Part shown: positions 20,979 through 30,711 of the stretch, piece by piece | How the letters are laid out: each line of letters opens with the position of its first letter | Numbering within the stretch: position 1 is the stretch's first letter | DNA from: Candidatus Eiseniibacteriota bacterium | GTDB taxonomy: Bacteria > Eisenbacteria > RBG-16-71-46 > CAIMUX01 > VGJL01 | Length of the DNA stretch: 64,000 nt | Assembly: GCA_041946735.1 (NCBI GenBank) | Contig: JBHGAY010000010.1 | Location: forward strand, 1 to 64,000 | Reading direction: 5' to 3' | Program-made: the position numbers and the translations under genes | Notes under the pieces: model-generated | Database searches by the model: none | What the model was told of the DNA's origin: nothing | The model's input: only the letters and a program-made list of their open reading frames with translations

Positions 20979-21129
20979 GCCGCTAGCCCTTCGACCGGCC
21001 GGCCTTCGGCCGGCCTGCACGCTCTCCGTCTCTATGAATTCGTCGTCACGTGGACTTCGCTCTGGCGTTCGCCTCGCGCCTCATGAGAATCTTTTCGCGA
21101 TCCATCGGAGCGCGGATTGCGGAGGGCGA

Positions 21130-21582
21130 ATGCGCCAGGCTCAGCTCTTCTCCGTCCTGTTTGGCGTAGTCCTCGGCATCGCCGGGGGGCTCGGCCTTAC
21201 CACCTTCCTCTACGCGAGGGGGACTTCGTACCTCACGAACGATCCCGACGCGTGCCAGAACTGCCACGTCATGCGGGAGCAGTACGCGGCGTGGCAGAAG
21301 TCCAGCCATCACGCCGTCGCCGTCTGCAACGATTGCCACGCCCCTCACGAGCTGGCGGGCAAGTATGCGACGAAAGCGACGAACGGTTTCCGGCACTCCT
21401 TCGCGTTCACGTCCGGGGACTTCCCGGAGCCGATCCAGATCACGGAGCGCAACCGCCGGATCACCGAGGCGGCCTGCCGCTCCTGCCACCAGGAGATCGT
21501 CGAGGGGATCGAGGGGCACGGCGGCGCTTGGGAGGAGATCTCCTGCCTCCGCTGCCATCGCTCGGTCGGGCACATGCACTGA
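21130..21582 (+). CDS. nrfH: Cytochrome c nitrite reductase small subunit (tetraheme, NapC/NirT family)
   Basis: N-terminal TM helix and four CXXCH motifs (CQNCHVM, CNDCH, CRSCH, CLRCH). Lies directly upstream of nrfA. GGAGG precedes ATG 21130. Confidence 0.93.
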   Translation: MRQAQLFSVLFGVVLGIAGGLGLTTFLYARGTSYLTNDPDACQNCHVMREQYAAWQKSSHHAVAVCNDCHAPHELAGKYATKATNGFRHSFAFTSGDFPEPIQITERNRRITEAACRSCHQEIVEGIEGHGGAWEEISCLRCHRSVGHMH

Positions 21583-21624
21583 TCGTTCCCGGCCGTCACG
21601 GCCCGGGATGGGGAGAGCAATCGG

Positions 21625-23097
21625 ATGCGAAGTACGACGCGCTGGATCCTTCTGGCGGCTGTCGTGACGGCCGCCGTGGCTGCGGGCACGACCGCGCTGC
21701 TGATCAGCATCTTCGAGCACAAGCAGGAGGCGAGAAACCCGTTTTATCGGGTCGTCGAGCTGAACGACGACGTCTCCGATCCGGCGGTCTGGGGGAAGAA
21801 CTTCCCGCTCCAGTACGACCTGTACAAAAGGACCGTCGATCAGGTGCGCACCCGCTTCGGGGGAAGCGAGGCCGTTCCGCGCACGCCGGACGACGTCGAT
21901 CCGCGCAGCGTGGTCTCTCAGTCGCGTCTCGAGGAGGACCCGCGCCTGCGGACGATGTGGGCCGGCTACGCCTTCGCGGCCGATTTTCGCGAGGAGCGCG
22001 GCCACGCCTACATGCTCGACGACCAGTCGTTCACTGAGAGGCAGCGCGTCGCGAAGCAACCGGGCACCTGCATCCATTGCCATGCGTCGGTCTTCGTCCC
22101 CTATCGCAAGCTCGGCGACGGAGATCTCTTCCGCGGCTTCGAGCGGATGAACGCGATGGATTACTCGGAGGCGAGGAAGCTGGTCGAACATCCAGTGGCG
22201 TGCATCGACTGCCACGATCCGGCAACGATGCAGCTGCGCGTGACTCGCCCAGGATTCCTCGAAGGGATCCGCGTCTGGAAGGCCTCGCAGGGGATCGCAG
22301 GCTATGACGTGAACCGCGACGCGACGCGACAGGAAATGCGCGCGTTCGTCTGCGGGCAGTGTCACGTCGAGTACTACTTCCAGGGGAAGGAGAAGCGGCT
22401 CGTCTACCCGTGGAAGAACGGCCTGCGCGTCGAGCAGATCCAGGCGTACTACGACTCGATCGGCCACAAGGACTGGACCCATGCGAAGACAGGGGCTGCC
22501 GCGCTGAAGGCGCAGCATCCGGAGTTCGAGATGTGGAATCAGGGGATTCACGCTCGCTCCGGGGTCGCCTGCGCCGATTGCCACATGCCTTACCGGCGCG
22601 CCGGCGCATTGAAGATCAGCGACCACCACGTCCGCAGCCCGCTGCTCAACGTGGCTGCCGCCTGCCGGACGTGCCATCCCTGGCCGGAGGAGGAGCTGCG
22701 CGCGCGGGCCGAGCAGATCCAGGAGAGGACGCACGCTCTGCGTGATCGGTCGATGGACACTCTGGTCGAGCTGATCGACGAGATCGAGCAGGCGCGGGCG
22801 AGCGGCCGTTCCGACGAGGCGGTGGCGCGTGCGCAGGATCTCCAGCGGCAGGCGCAGTTCCGCCTCGATTTCGTCGAGGCGGAGAACTCGAGCGGCTTCC
22901 ATGCTCCCGGAGAGGCGGCTCGCATTCTCGCCGAGTCGATCGATCTCGCGAGACAGGGACAGATCGCCCTGCGGGACGGGGCGCGCTCGGTGCCCGGCCG
23001 GGACGCCGAGCCTGCGGCCGCCGAGGCTGCGGCCGCCGATGGCTCGGTCCCCGATGGTGCGCCCGCCGGGCGCGCGGCTTCATCGGCGGGACTCTAG
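21625..23097 (+). CDS. nrfA: Ammonia-forming pentaheme cytochrome c nitrite reductase, CXXCH-type heme 1
   Basis: WAGYAFAADFREERGHAY; five heme motifs CIHCH, CIDCH, CGQCHVEYYF, CADCHMPY and CRTCH; KAQHPEFE; AENSSGFHAP. Confidence 0.95.
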   Translation: MRSTTRWILLAAVVTAAVAAGTTALLISIFEHKQEARNPFYRVVELNDDVSDPAVWGKNFPLQYDLYKRTVDQVRTRFGGSEAVPRTPDDVDPRSVVSQSRLEEDPRLRTMWAGYAFAADFREERGHAYMLDDQSFTERQRVAKQPGTCIHCHASVFVPYRKLGDGDLFRGFERMNAMDYSEARKLVEHPVACIDCHDPATMQLRVTRPGFLEGIRVWKASQGIAGYDVNRDATRQEMRAFVCGQCHVEYYFQGKEKRLVYPWKNGLRVEQIQAYYDSIGHKDWTHAKTGAAALKAQHPEFEMWNQGIHARSGVACADCHMPYRRAGALKISDHHVRSPLLNVAAACRTCHPWPEEELRARAEQIQERTHALRDRSMDTLVELIDEIEQARASGRSDEAVARAQDLQRQAQFRLDFVEAENSSGFHAPGEAARILAESIDLARQGQIALRDGARSVPGRDAEPAAAEAAAADGSVPDGAPAGRAASSAGL

Positions 23098-23332
23098 GAA
23101 CCGGCGCGCCCGGCTCGTCCCGTCCCCTTGCGCGTCGCGGCGCATCCCGGCGACTCGCGGAATTCCTGCTCGCGATCTTTGGCGAGCGATGCCGGCGTGC
23201 ATTCTCTCTCCGCCCTCTCCGGCCCTGGACTCTCTCCTCTCGATCGTGGATCATGGGGCGGCGCGTTACCGCGCTTCGGCCGCGTTCGGACGGGTCCCCT
23301 TGCTGCCGCCAACGGGTTCCCGCAGGAGAGAG

Positions 23333-24247
23333 ATGAGGATCCTGATCAGCGGATCCTCGGGTCTGATCGGGACCGAGATGGTCCGGGCTCTGACGACTCG
23401 AGGAGACAGCGTCCTACGGCTCGTGCGCCGAGGCCCGGCGCGCGCCGGGACGACCGTCCTCTGGGACCCGGGCGCCGGGAAGCTCGACCCCCGTGAAGTG
23501 GAAGGGGTCGACGCCGTCCTGAACCTCTCGGGAGAGAACATCGGCGGCGGGCGCTGGACGCGGGAGCGCAAGCGCCGCATCCTCGAAAGCCGCGTGCGCT
23601 CCACTTCCCTCCTCGCCTCGACCCTCGCGCGCCTCGACAGGCGCCCGCAGGTCTTCGTCAGCGCGTCGGCGATGGACTACTACGGCGACCGAGGGGACGA
23701 CCCTCTCACCGAGGAGGCGCCTCCCGGCGCCGGATTCCTCTCCGACGTCGTGACCGCGTGGGAGCAGGCGGCCGATCCCGCCAGGCAGGCGGGGATCCGA
23801 GTCGCGCATCCGCGATCCGCGATGGTCCTCTCCGGGAAAGGAGGGGCGCTTGCTCCGCTGCTTCGCGCCTTTCGCCTCGGCCTGGGTGGTCCGATGGGGT
23901 CCGGCCGGCAGTTCTGGAGCTGGATCGCGATCCAGGACGTCGTCTCGGCCCTGCAACTGCTGATCGACCGCGCGGACCTGTCCGGCCCGTTCAACCTGGC
24001 GTCGCCCGCCCCGGCGCGGCAGAGGGAGTTCGCTTCCACGCTCGGCCGCGTGCTCGGGCGCCCGGCCTTCCTGCCGGCCCCGGGCTGGGGTCTGCGCATC
24101 CTGCTCGGAGAGATGGCCGGCCCCCTGCTGCTGCACAGCAAGCGGCTGGTCCCCGCGCGCCTGCAGTCAGCCGGCTATCGCTTCGTCCATCCCGAGCTCG
24201 AATCGGCCCTGCGGGCGGCGATCGAGGAGGATGGCGGGGGAGGTTGA
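23333..24247 (+). CDS. TIGR01777 family NAD-dependent epimerase/oxidoreductase
   Basis: MRILISGSSGLIG, NLSGENIGGGRWT, SRVRST, GLGGPMGSGRQFWSWI and GPFNLASP. Confidence 0.92.
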   Translation: MRILISGSSGLIGTEMVRALTTRGDSVLRLVRRGPARAGTTVLWDPGAGKLDPREVEGVDAVLNLSGENIGGGRWTRERKRRILESRVRSTSLLASTLARLDRRPQVFVSASAMDYYGDRGDDPLTEEAPPGAGFLSDVVTAWEQAADPARQAGIRVAHPRSAMVLSGKGGALAPLLRAFRLGLGGPMGSGRQFWSWIAIQDVVSALQLLIDRADLSGPFNLASPAPARQREFASTLGRVLGRPAFLPAPGWGLRILLGEMAGPLLLHSKRLVPARLQSAGYRFVHPELESALRAAIEEDGGGG

Positions 24248-24341
24248 TGTCGGCGATGGGACGGCGCTGGGGAGGGAAGGGGGCCCGGCCGGCGGGACGA
24301 CGGAAATCCGGGCATTCGCAACCGCGCGATCGCACGGCCGC

Positions 24342-24393
24342 ATCCGCAAGGAGGATCCGCAAAGAAGATCCGCCAGAAGGATCCGCAAGGAGG
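24342..24393. repeat. Four 13-bp tandem repeats (ATCCGCAAGGAGG-like)
   Basis: Units ATCCGCAAGGAGG, ATCCGCAAAGAAG, ATCCGCCAGAAGG and ATCCGCAAGGAGG. Confidence 0.85.
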
Positions 24394-24533
24394 ACACGAC
24401 GAGCCAAGGACGAGTCGGCCGCGCTCGGACTCGCATCGATCCACGGTTCGGCGCAACCCCACGAGGTGGGGCGGGCTCAACGGGCCGGGATCTCATCCGC
24501 AAACGGAACGGGACGAGGGAGGAGGAGCGCGAG

Positions 24534-25673
24534 ATGGACTTTCGTTTGAGCGAGGAGCACCGGCTGATCCAGGAGACCGCGCGGGATTTCGCCGAGAAGG
24601 AGCTGCGCCCCCGGGCGGCGGCTGTCGACGCGGAGGCACGTTTCCCGGCGGAGTCGGTGAAGAAGCTGGCCGAACTGGGATTCCTCGGGATCTTCGTCCC
24701 CGAGGAGTACGACGGCTCCGGTCTCGACCAGCTCTCCTACGCGATCATCGTCGAGGAGCTCTCGCGTGCCTGCGCGGCGACCGGCGTGATCGTCAGCGCG
24801 CACAACAGCCTCGTCTGCTTTCCCCTGCTCCGCTTCGGAACCGACGACCAGAAGGACCGGTATCTCCGGAAGTTGGCGCGCGGCGAGGTTCTCGGCTCCT
24901 TCGCCCTCACCGAGCCCGAGGCAGGCTCGGACGCCGCCAGCCAGCGCACCGTAGCGACATCCGACGGCAGCGATTTCCTCCTGAACGGCTCGAAGATCTT
25001 CATCACGAACGCGACGGTGGCGGAGGTCTTCATCGTCTTCTGCCTTACGGACCCCACCGCCGGCGTGCGTGGCATCTCGGCTCTGATCGTGGAGCGAGGA
25101 ATGCCGGGCTTCACCGTGGGGCGCAAGGAAGAGACGATGGGGATTCGCGGATCGGGAGCCTGCATGCTGAGCTTCGAGGACGTGCGCGTCCCGCGGGCGA
25201 ATCTCCTGGGCGAGGAGAATCGTGGCTTCCGGATCGCGATGGCGACGCTCGACTGCGGAAGGATCGGCATCGCGGCCCAGGCGGTTGGCATCGCGCAAGC
25301 CTGCCTGGACGAGTCGGTTCGATACGCGAAGGAGCGGCGCCAGTTCGGAAAGCCGATCGGGAGCCTGCAGGCGATCCAGTGGATGATCGCCGACACGGCG
25401 ACGGAGCTGGCAGCGGCGCGCCTTCTGACCTACCAGGCGGCGGTCAAGAAGGATTCCGGGGAAGAGGTGACGCTCGAGGCTGCGCAGGCGAAGCTGTACG
25501 CCAGCGAGGCGGCGGCGCGCGCGGCGCATCGAGCCGTCCAGGTGCATGGAGGATACGGCTACACGAAGGAGTTCGCCGTGGAGCGGCTCTTCCGTGACGC
25601 GCGGATCACCGAGATCTACGAAGGAACCTCGGAGATCCAGCGTGTGGTCATCGCGAGCCAGGTGCTGCGCTGA
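24534..25673 (+). CDS. Acyl-CoA dehydrogenase (short/branched-chain type)
   Basis: FALTEPEAGSD, LNGSKIFITN, GRIGIAAQAVG, QVHGGYGY and RDARITEIYEGTSEIQR. GGAGG precedes ATG 24534. Confidence 0.96.
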   Translation: MDFRLSEEHRLIQETARDFAEKELRPRAAAVDAEARFPAESVKKLAELGFLGIFVPEEYDGSGLDQLSYAIIVEELSRACAATGVIVSAHNSLVCFPLLRFGTDDQKDRYLRKLARGEVLGSFALTEPEAGSDAASQRTVATSDGSDFLLNGSKIFITNATVAEVFIVFCLTDPTAGVRGISALIVERGMPGFTVGRKEETMGIRGSGACMLSFEDVRVPRANLLGEENRGFRIAMATLDCGRIGIAAQAVGIAQACLDESVRYAKERRQFGKPIGSLQAIQWMIADTATELAAARLLTYQAAVKKDSGEEVTLEAAQAKLYASEAAARAAHRAVQVHGGYGYTKEFAVERLFRDARITEIYEGTSEIQRVVIASQVLR

Positions 25674-25756
25674 GCTTCGCGGCGCTCGGGCGTCACACGC
25701 CGGGCGGGTCGCCATCGACCCGCCGGCGATCGTTCGCTAGATCCGGAGGTGATTCG

Positions 25757-28471
25757 ATGCGTCGTCTGCTCGATCGAAGCTCGCCTGGCAGCACGGGTCG
25801 TCGGCCCATGGGGGCCGCCGTCCTGCCGCTCCTCGCGGCGCTTGCGTTGTCGTCGCTGCTCGTCCTCTCGCCGCTTCCCGTGCTCGCGGACGACGGTTTC
25901 CTCCACGGGGAGAAGTCGGACGGGTCGGGTCCGAGCGAGCCGGACGACGGACTGAAGGCGTTCGACGAAGTCGTCTCGGGGCTGGAGCGGACCGATGGCT
26001 TCTTCCCGATCTACCGAGACCGGGACCGCGGAAAGCTCTACCTCGAGATACCGCCGGAACAGCTGGGGCAGGAGTTTCTGCTCGCCATCACGCGGTCCGG
26101 CGGCGACGGAGATCTCTTCGACAACGCGGCGATGCTCGATTCCTACGTTTGCCTCTTCCGGCGCGAAGGGAAGAAGGTGCAGCTGTACCGGCCGAACCCC
26201 TCGTTCGTGGCTCCGGGAGACTCGGCGTTCGCCCGCGCGATCGAGCGCGGCGTTTCGGGGAGCGTGGTCATCGCCTTGGACCTGGCGGCGCGCCCGCATC
26301 CCGAGCGCAAGTCGCTGCTGGTCGACCCTTCTCCTTTCCTGCTTCAGGACAACGGCTGGGTGGCATCCTCGCTGCGCGACCATCCTTCCGGCTACCGGCT
26401 CGACGGCGGGTCGAGTTACGTGGATCGCATCCAGTCCTTCCCGAAAAACCTGGAGATCGATGCGGTCCTCACCTTCCGCACCGACATCCCCAAGGCTCCC
26501 ATGCCGAACGTCGTCGACTCGCGCAGTTTCTCCCATCGCTATCACTACAGCCTCGTCGAGACGCCGCCGGCCGGATACGTTCCGCGGCTCGCGGACGATC
26601 GGGTCGGCCACTTCCTCACGATGCTGCAGGACTACTCGAACACGCGGAGCGAAACGCCCTACGTTCGCTACGTCGATCGTTGGCGGCTGGAGAAGAAGGA
26701 CCCGGCGGCCGCGCTCTCTGAGCCGGTGCAGCCGATCGTCTACTGGATCGAGAACACGGTGCCGGTGGAGTACCGGGACGCAGTTCGCCGGGGCATCCTC
26801 AACTGGAACCGGTCCTTCGAGGCGGCCGGCTTCAAGAACGCCATCGTCGTGGAGCAGATGCCGGACACCGCCACCTGGGACCCCGCCGACCTCCGCTACC
26901 ACGTGGTCCGCTGGATGCTCCAGCCGGGGGCTTCCTACGCGGTCGGTCCGTCGCGCACCGATCCACGAACGGGAAAGATCCTCGACGCCGACATCCGGGT
27001 GTCGGCCGACATCGCGCGCGTCGTCTACCGCGAGTGGACCGACCAGGTCGCTCCGATCTCGATGGGACCGGGGGTGGACCGCGCCGGCTTCGAGACGCTC
27101 GAGCGCGTCTACGCAGAAGGGATGGCGAATCAGGCATCGTTCGGGCTGGGTCTCGCCGGCGCTCGCGGCCTGTTCGATCCGGACAGCCCGGAGGGGAGGC
27201 GCTACCTTGACGCCTACATCGAGGGGCTCGTCTGTCACGAGCTCGGCCACACCCTCGGCCTCCGTCACAACTTCAAGTCGAGCACCGTCAACGACCTCCA
27301 ACAGCTCCAGGATCCGGACCGGACGCGGCGGGTCGGCATCACCGGCTCGATCATGGACTACACGCCGGTCAATCTCGCGTCGGCCGGGCAGACCCAGGGC
27401 GAGTACTGGCAGACGGGTCCGGGCGCCTACGACGACTGGGCGATCGAGTATGCGTATCGTCCCTTCGGAGCGTCGACGCCCGACGCGGAATGGGACGAGC
27501 TGCAGGCGATCGCATCGCGCGCTTCCGAGCCCGAGCTGGCCTACGGCACCGACGAGGACGCCAGGGGATACTCCTCCATCGGGATCGATCCGACGGTCAG
27601 CCTCTTCGACCTCGGCTCCGACCCGATCGCATGGGCGGGTGTTCGGCTCGACCTCGCCAACGAGCTATGGGGGAAGATGGACTCCTACCTCTCGAAGGAC
27701 GGAATGCGCTACGTCCGCTATCGCCAGGTCTTCTCGCAAGGCCTGGGCGAGTACACGATCGCGGCGATGATCGCTTCGAAGCACGTGGGAGGGGTCTATC
27801 ACCATCGCGATCACATCGGCGATCCGGGTGGAAGGATTCCGTTCCAGCCGGTCCCGGCGTCGAAGCAACGCGAGGCTCTCGACTTCCTCGCGACGCGGAT
27901 CTTCTCGGAGAGCTCCTTCCGGATTCCGCCGGAGCTGCTCAACAAGATCGCTCCGGAGCGCTTCCCGACCTTCGAAGGCCAGCTCTGGTACACGCAGCGG
28001 ATCGATCCTCCGATCCATGGGATGGTGCTCGCGCTCCAGCAAGGGCCGCTGGCGCGACTGTTCGATCCCGTCACCTTGAGCCGCATCCAGGATTCGGAGC
28101 TTCGCTTCGCGCCCGGAGAGGAGCCGTTCCGGATGATCGAGATGTTCCGCGAGCTGCGGAAGGCGATCTGGAGCGAAGCGGATCAGGGCCGGCCCGTCTC
28201 GAGTTTCCGGCGCAACCTGCAACGCGCGCACCTCAATCATCTCGTCCAGCTCGTGATCTCCCCCGAACCTGGGACCCCCGAGGACGCCACGACGCTGGCG
28301 CGCGCCGATCTGAAGGCGATCCGGGCGGCCTGCGAGCGTGGGGCGGGTAACGCCGGGCTCGACTCCATGACCCGCGCGCACCTCGACGAGACGCGCGACC
28401 GGATCGGCTCGATCCTCGAGGCTCCCGTGGTGCGGTCCGCTCCGGATCCGCGAGCGGGACCGCGGACCTGA
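25757..28471 (+). CDS. Exported zinc metalloprotease (DUF5117/DUF4953, EcxA-like metzincin)
   Basis: HELGHTLGLRHNF zinc motif, SIMDY Met-turn, PRLADDRVGHF and GAYDDWAIEYAY. Signal peptide. Confidence 0.92.
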   Translation: MRRLLDRSSPGSTGRRPMGAAVLPLLAALALSSLLVLSPLPVLADDGFLHGEKSDGSGPSEPDDGLKAFDEVVSGLERTDGFFPIYRDRDRGKLYLEIPPEQLGQEFLLAITRSGGDGDLFDNAAMLDSYVCLFRREGKKVQLYRPNPSFVAPGDSAFARAIERGVSGSVVIALDLAARPHPERKSLLVDPSPFLLQDNGWVASSLRDHPSGYRLDGGSSYVDRIQSFPKNLEIDAVLTFRTDIPKAPMPNVVDSRSFSHRYHYSLVETPPAGYVPRLADDRVGHFLTMLQDYSNTRSETPYVRYVDRWRLEKKDPAAALSEPVQPIVYWIENTVPVEYRDAVRRGILNWNRSFEAAGFKNAIVVEQMPDTATWDPADLRYHVVRWMLQPGASYAVGPSRTDPRTGKILDADIRVSADIARVVYREWTDQVAPISMGPGVDRAGFETLERVYAEGMANQASFGLGLAGARGLFDPDSPEGRRYLDAYIEGLVCHELGHTLGLRHNFKSSTVNDLQQLQDPDRTRRVGITGSIMDYTPVNLASAGQTQGEYWQTGPGAYDDWAIEYAYRPFGASTPDAEWDELQAIASRASEPELAYGTDEDARGYSSIGIDPTVSLFDLGSDPIAWAGVRLDLANELWGKMDSYLSKDGMRYVRYRQVFSQGLGEYTIAAMIASKHVGGVYHHRDHIGDPGGRIPFQPVPASKQREALDFLATRIFSESSFRIPPELLNKIAPERFPTFEGQLWYTQRIDPPIHGMVLALQQGPLARLFDPVTLSRIQDSELRFAPGEEPFRMIEMFRELRKAIWSEADQGRPVSSFRRNLQRAHLNHLVQLVISPEPGTPEDATTLARADLKAIRAACERGAGNAGLDSMTRAHLDETRDRIGSILEAPVVRSAPDPRAGPRT

Positions 28472-28495
28472 GGGGGGTGGGAGGCGCTGCTGCGT

Positions 28496-29500
28496 TCAGC
28501 CCAGGGTGCGGCGGGGCGCAGCGACCGCCGCCTCGGGGCCCGAGGAAGCGGGCGCGATCCAGCGAACGATCCGGACGACGATGGCGGCGACCAGCATACG
28601 GGGGACGGTGATCCAGAACAGGCTCGCGCCGCAGGCCGCGAGCAGGGCGCTGTCTTCGAAGAGGGAATGAAAGAGACCGATCGAGACGTTCAGGTCCCGC
28701 AGATCCTGCGGCCTGTAGCGGTCCCCTTCGCGGGCCTCTTCCATGAGGAGGCCCGAACCGTAGGCGAGCCCGAGGACGATCGCCGTGATCCATAGGAAGG
28801 CGACGGCGCCGGACAGCCCCATGAAGCGCAGCAAGGGCCGCAGAGGCCGGGCGAGACGCCGGTAGACGTCGTGAGCCGCCATCCACTCGGTCGCGAGCAT
28901 GAGGCCGATCAGGATCACGAATACCTTGAGCGCCAGGCTGCCTGCGCTTCGAAGCCAGCCGAGCAGGAACGGCCCGAAGCCGAGCGTTGCCTGGACAGCC
29001 GCCGAGGGCTGCGCGAGTGAGGGAGCGGCGCCTTCGCGCACGGTCGCCACCGCCACGATCCATCCCAGGACTCCGCCGGTCACGAGCCGCACGATAGCCA
29101 TCAGCCACCAGGGCGTACCGGTCCGGTGCTGCACCGTCGCCTCGACGGGAAGGTTGTGCGCCGTCAAGGTCATCACGGCCAGGACGGTGATCTGGCCTGC
29201 CGACAACGGCAGGATCGCCATCGCCGCGACCGCTCCGTAGATACCTACGAGCCAACCGGAGACGAGAATCACCGCGGACTCCCCAGGGACCCGCCAGAGC
29301 TGCATGAGAGGACCGAGCAGGTCCCCGATCTTGTCGAGGAGCCCCAGCCAGTCCAGGAGGCTCACGGCGAACGACAGGGGCAGGATGATCCGCAGGAGGA
29401 AGATGGCGGTGCGGGTGCCACGCCGGAGTGCGCGACTGTAGGAAGGCCGGGGGACGCGGCTCGTCGTCTCGCCGGGGGTGGTGGCCTCGAAGTTCTCCAG
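28496..29500 (-). CDS. Nucleoside-recognition (Gate) domain membrane protein, probably CTG-initiated
   Basis: Multi-TM protein with AHNLPVE, GLAYGSGL and HSLFEDS. The frame stays open upstream of GTG 29365 through a further hydrophobic helix (AIFLLRIILPLSFAV) to a CTG at 29500 behind AAGGAGG. Confidence 0.8.
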   Translation of the reverse strand: MENFEATTPGETTSRVPRPSYSRALRRGTRTAIFLLRIILPLSFAVSLLDWLGLLDKIGDLLGPLMQLWRVPGESAVILVSGWLVGIYGAVAAMAILPLSAGQITVLAVMTLTAHNLPVEATVQHRTGTPWWLMAIVRLVTGGVLGWIVAVATVREGAAPSLAQPSAAVQATLGFGPFLLGWLRSAGSLALKVFVILIGLMLATEWMAAHDVYRRLARPLRPLLRFMGLSGAVAFLWITAIVLGLAYGSGLLMEEAREGDRYRPQDLRDLNVSIGLFHSLFEDSALLAACGASLFWITVPRMLVAAIVVRIVRWIAPASSGPEAAVAAPRRTLG

Positions 29501-29652
29501 GGTCGGTCGATCCTCCTTCGGGAGTGGAGGTTACACCGGCCTTTCATGGAGGACAAACGAAGACGGCGCGCCTCGATCGAGACGCGCCGCCGATCCGTCT
29601 ACCCCAGCCTGCGAACGGCAGAGCCGGTGCCCCTGCTTGTCGACGGTCGGGG

Positions 29653-30345
29653 CTAGGAGCGCTTGCGGCGGATCCGGGTCGCGAGACCCATCGCGCCGAA
29701 CCCGAGACCGAGCAGCGTCAGCGTCGCCGGCTCGGGGATCGGGTTGACTCCGTTGACCTCGACGACGAGGTCGTTGAAGTCCTGGTCGCCGGGAGCCATG
29801 TCTTCCCACGCGACGATGTAGTTGCCGAGGACATTGTCGGGATGGCCGACGTTGTCGATGATCCGATAGGTGACCATGTGGTCGCCACTCGGACCGTTGT
29901 CGGCGTCCTTCGAAGACCAGTACTGATCGGTGGTCAGGTTGTGAAGCCCGAACCGGAACAGGTAACCGGTGACGTTGTGGTTGAAGACCGCGTCCCCGTT
30001 CACCAGGTAGCCGTAGAGCGAGGTGGAGAAGAGGGACTGGAAGCTTCCACCGTCCTCGCCGGTGTAGAAGCCGAACTCGTGCGAGTCGCTAGCCCACTTC
30101 GCGACGGCCTCGGCATGTCCGTTCGGGTCGTGCCAAATCATGTCGGTCTGGGCGCCCGCGTCGTGAATGCGCAGCAGGTTCCCCCAGCCGTAGAGGTAGT
30201 TGAGAATGTCCGTAGCTCCATTCCCTTCCAGATCGTACTCGGTCGGGTTCGGCACCACTGTCGTGTAGCTCGCGCCCGCGATGGACGGGATCAGCAAGCA
30301 GCCGGCGGCGGCCAACGCCAGTAGCGCCATTCCTGGTCTCTTCAT
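29653..30345 (-). CDS. PEP-CTERM sorting-domain protein with a DUF4114-like segment
   Basis: Signal peptide; IVAWED..GDQDFNDLVV; C-terminal IPEPATLTLLGLGFGAMGLATRIRRKRS (PEP, TM, basic tail). Confidence 0.93.
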   Translation of the reverse strand: MKRPGMALLALAAAGCLLIPSIAGASYTTVVPNPTEYDLEGNGATDILNYLYGWGNLLRIHDAGAQTDMIWHDPNGHAEAVAKWASDSHEFGFYTGEDGGSFQSLFSTSLYGYLVNGDAVFNHNVTGYLFRFGLHNLTTDQYWSSKDADNGPSGDHMVTYRIIDNVGHPDNVLGNYIVAWEDMAPGDQDFNDLVVEVNGVNPIPEPATLTLLGLGFGAMGLATRIRRKRS

Positions 30346-30415
30346 GAGGCTCTCCTTTCCACGGTCTTCCGCCGATCGGAAGCGGGATCCCCGGATGGGA
30401 CAGACCCGGGGAGTT

Positions 30416-30458
30416 ACAACTGTACAAGCGAAGGAGGCTTTGTGTCAACAATGTACAA
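30416..30458 (-). promoter_or_regulatory. Sigma-70 promoter TTGACA-N18-TACAGT with two overlapping TTGTACA(G)TTGT boxes
   Basis: Minus-strand TTGACA at 30448-30443 and TACAGT at 30424-30419. Plus-strand repeats ACAACTGTACAA (30416-30427) and ACAATGTACAA (30448-30458), in an AT-rich patch. Confidence 0.7.
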
Positions 30459-30711
30459 AAACGGGGACGTTTCGCCTTCTTCATCTCTGAGGAAGAGGCC
30501 GCCTGCGTGGCCCTGGCTGGCTATGGGTGTAACATTCCACGGCCCGGAAGGGGGTAGGCCCAGGCCGGGGAGATCGACCCGCCCATAATTGTCCTTTCTC
30601 CGGCTCCCGAGACCGTCGAGACGCTTGCAGGGAGGTTGGGTCGGGGCGCCTCTGGCGCGGGGTAGCCCGTCGCGGCGAGGCTACGGTTCCGTCATCCCCC
30701 GGCAAATGGAT

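Noticed and set aside
21034..21129. FNR/CRP/NarL site upstream of nrfH
   Set aside because: Only loose TGA..TCA matches with wrong spacing; no TTGAT-N4-ATCAA or TGTGA-N6-TCACA.
30536..30560. CACGGCCCGGAAGGGGGTAG resembles the SRP RNA GGAA-tetraloop helix
   Set aside because: It lacks the conserved CAGG/AGCAG internal loop, and I could not build the long flanking stem. An Infernal scan would settle it.
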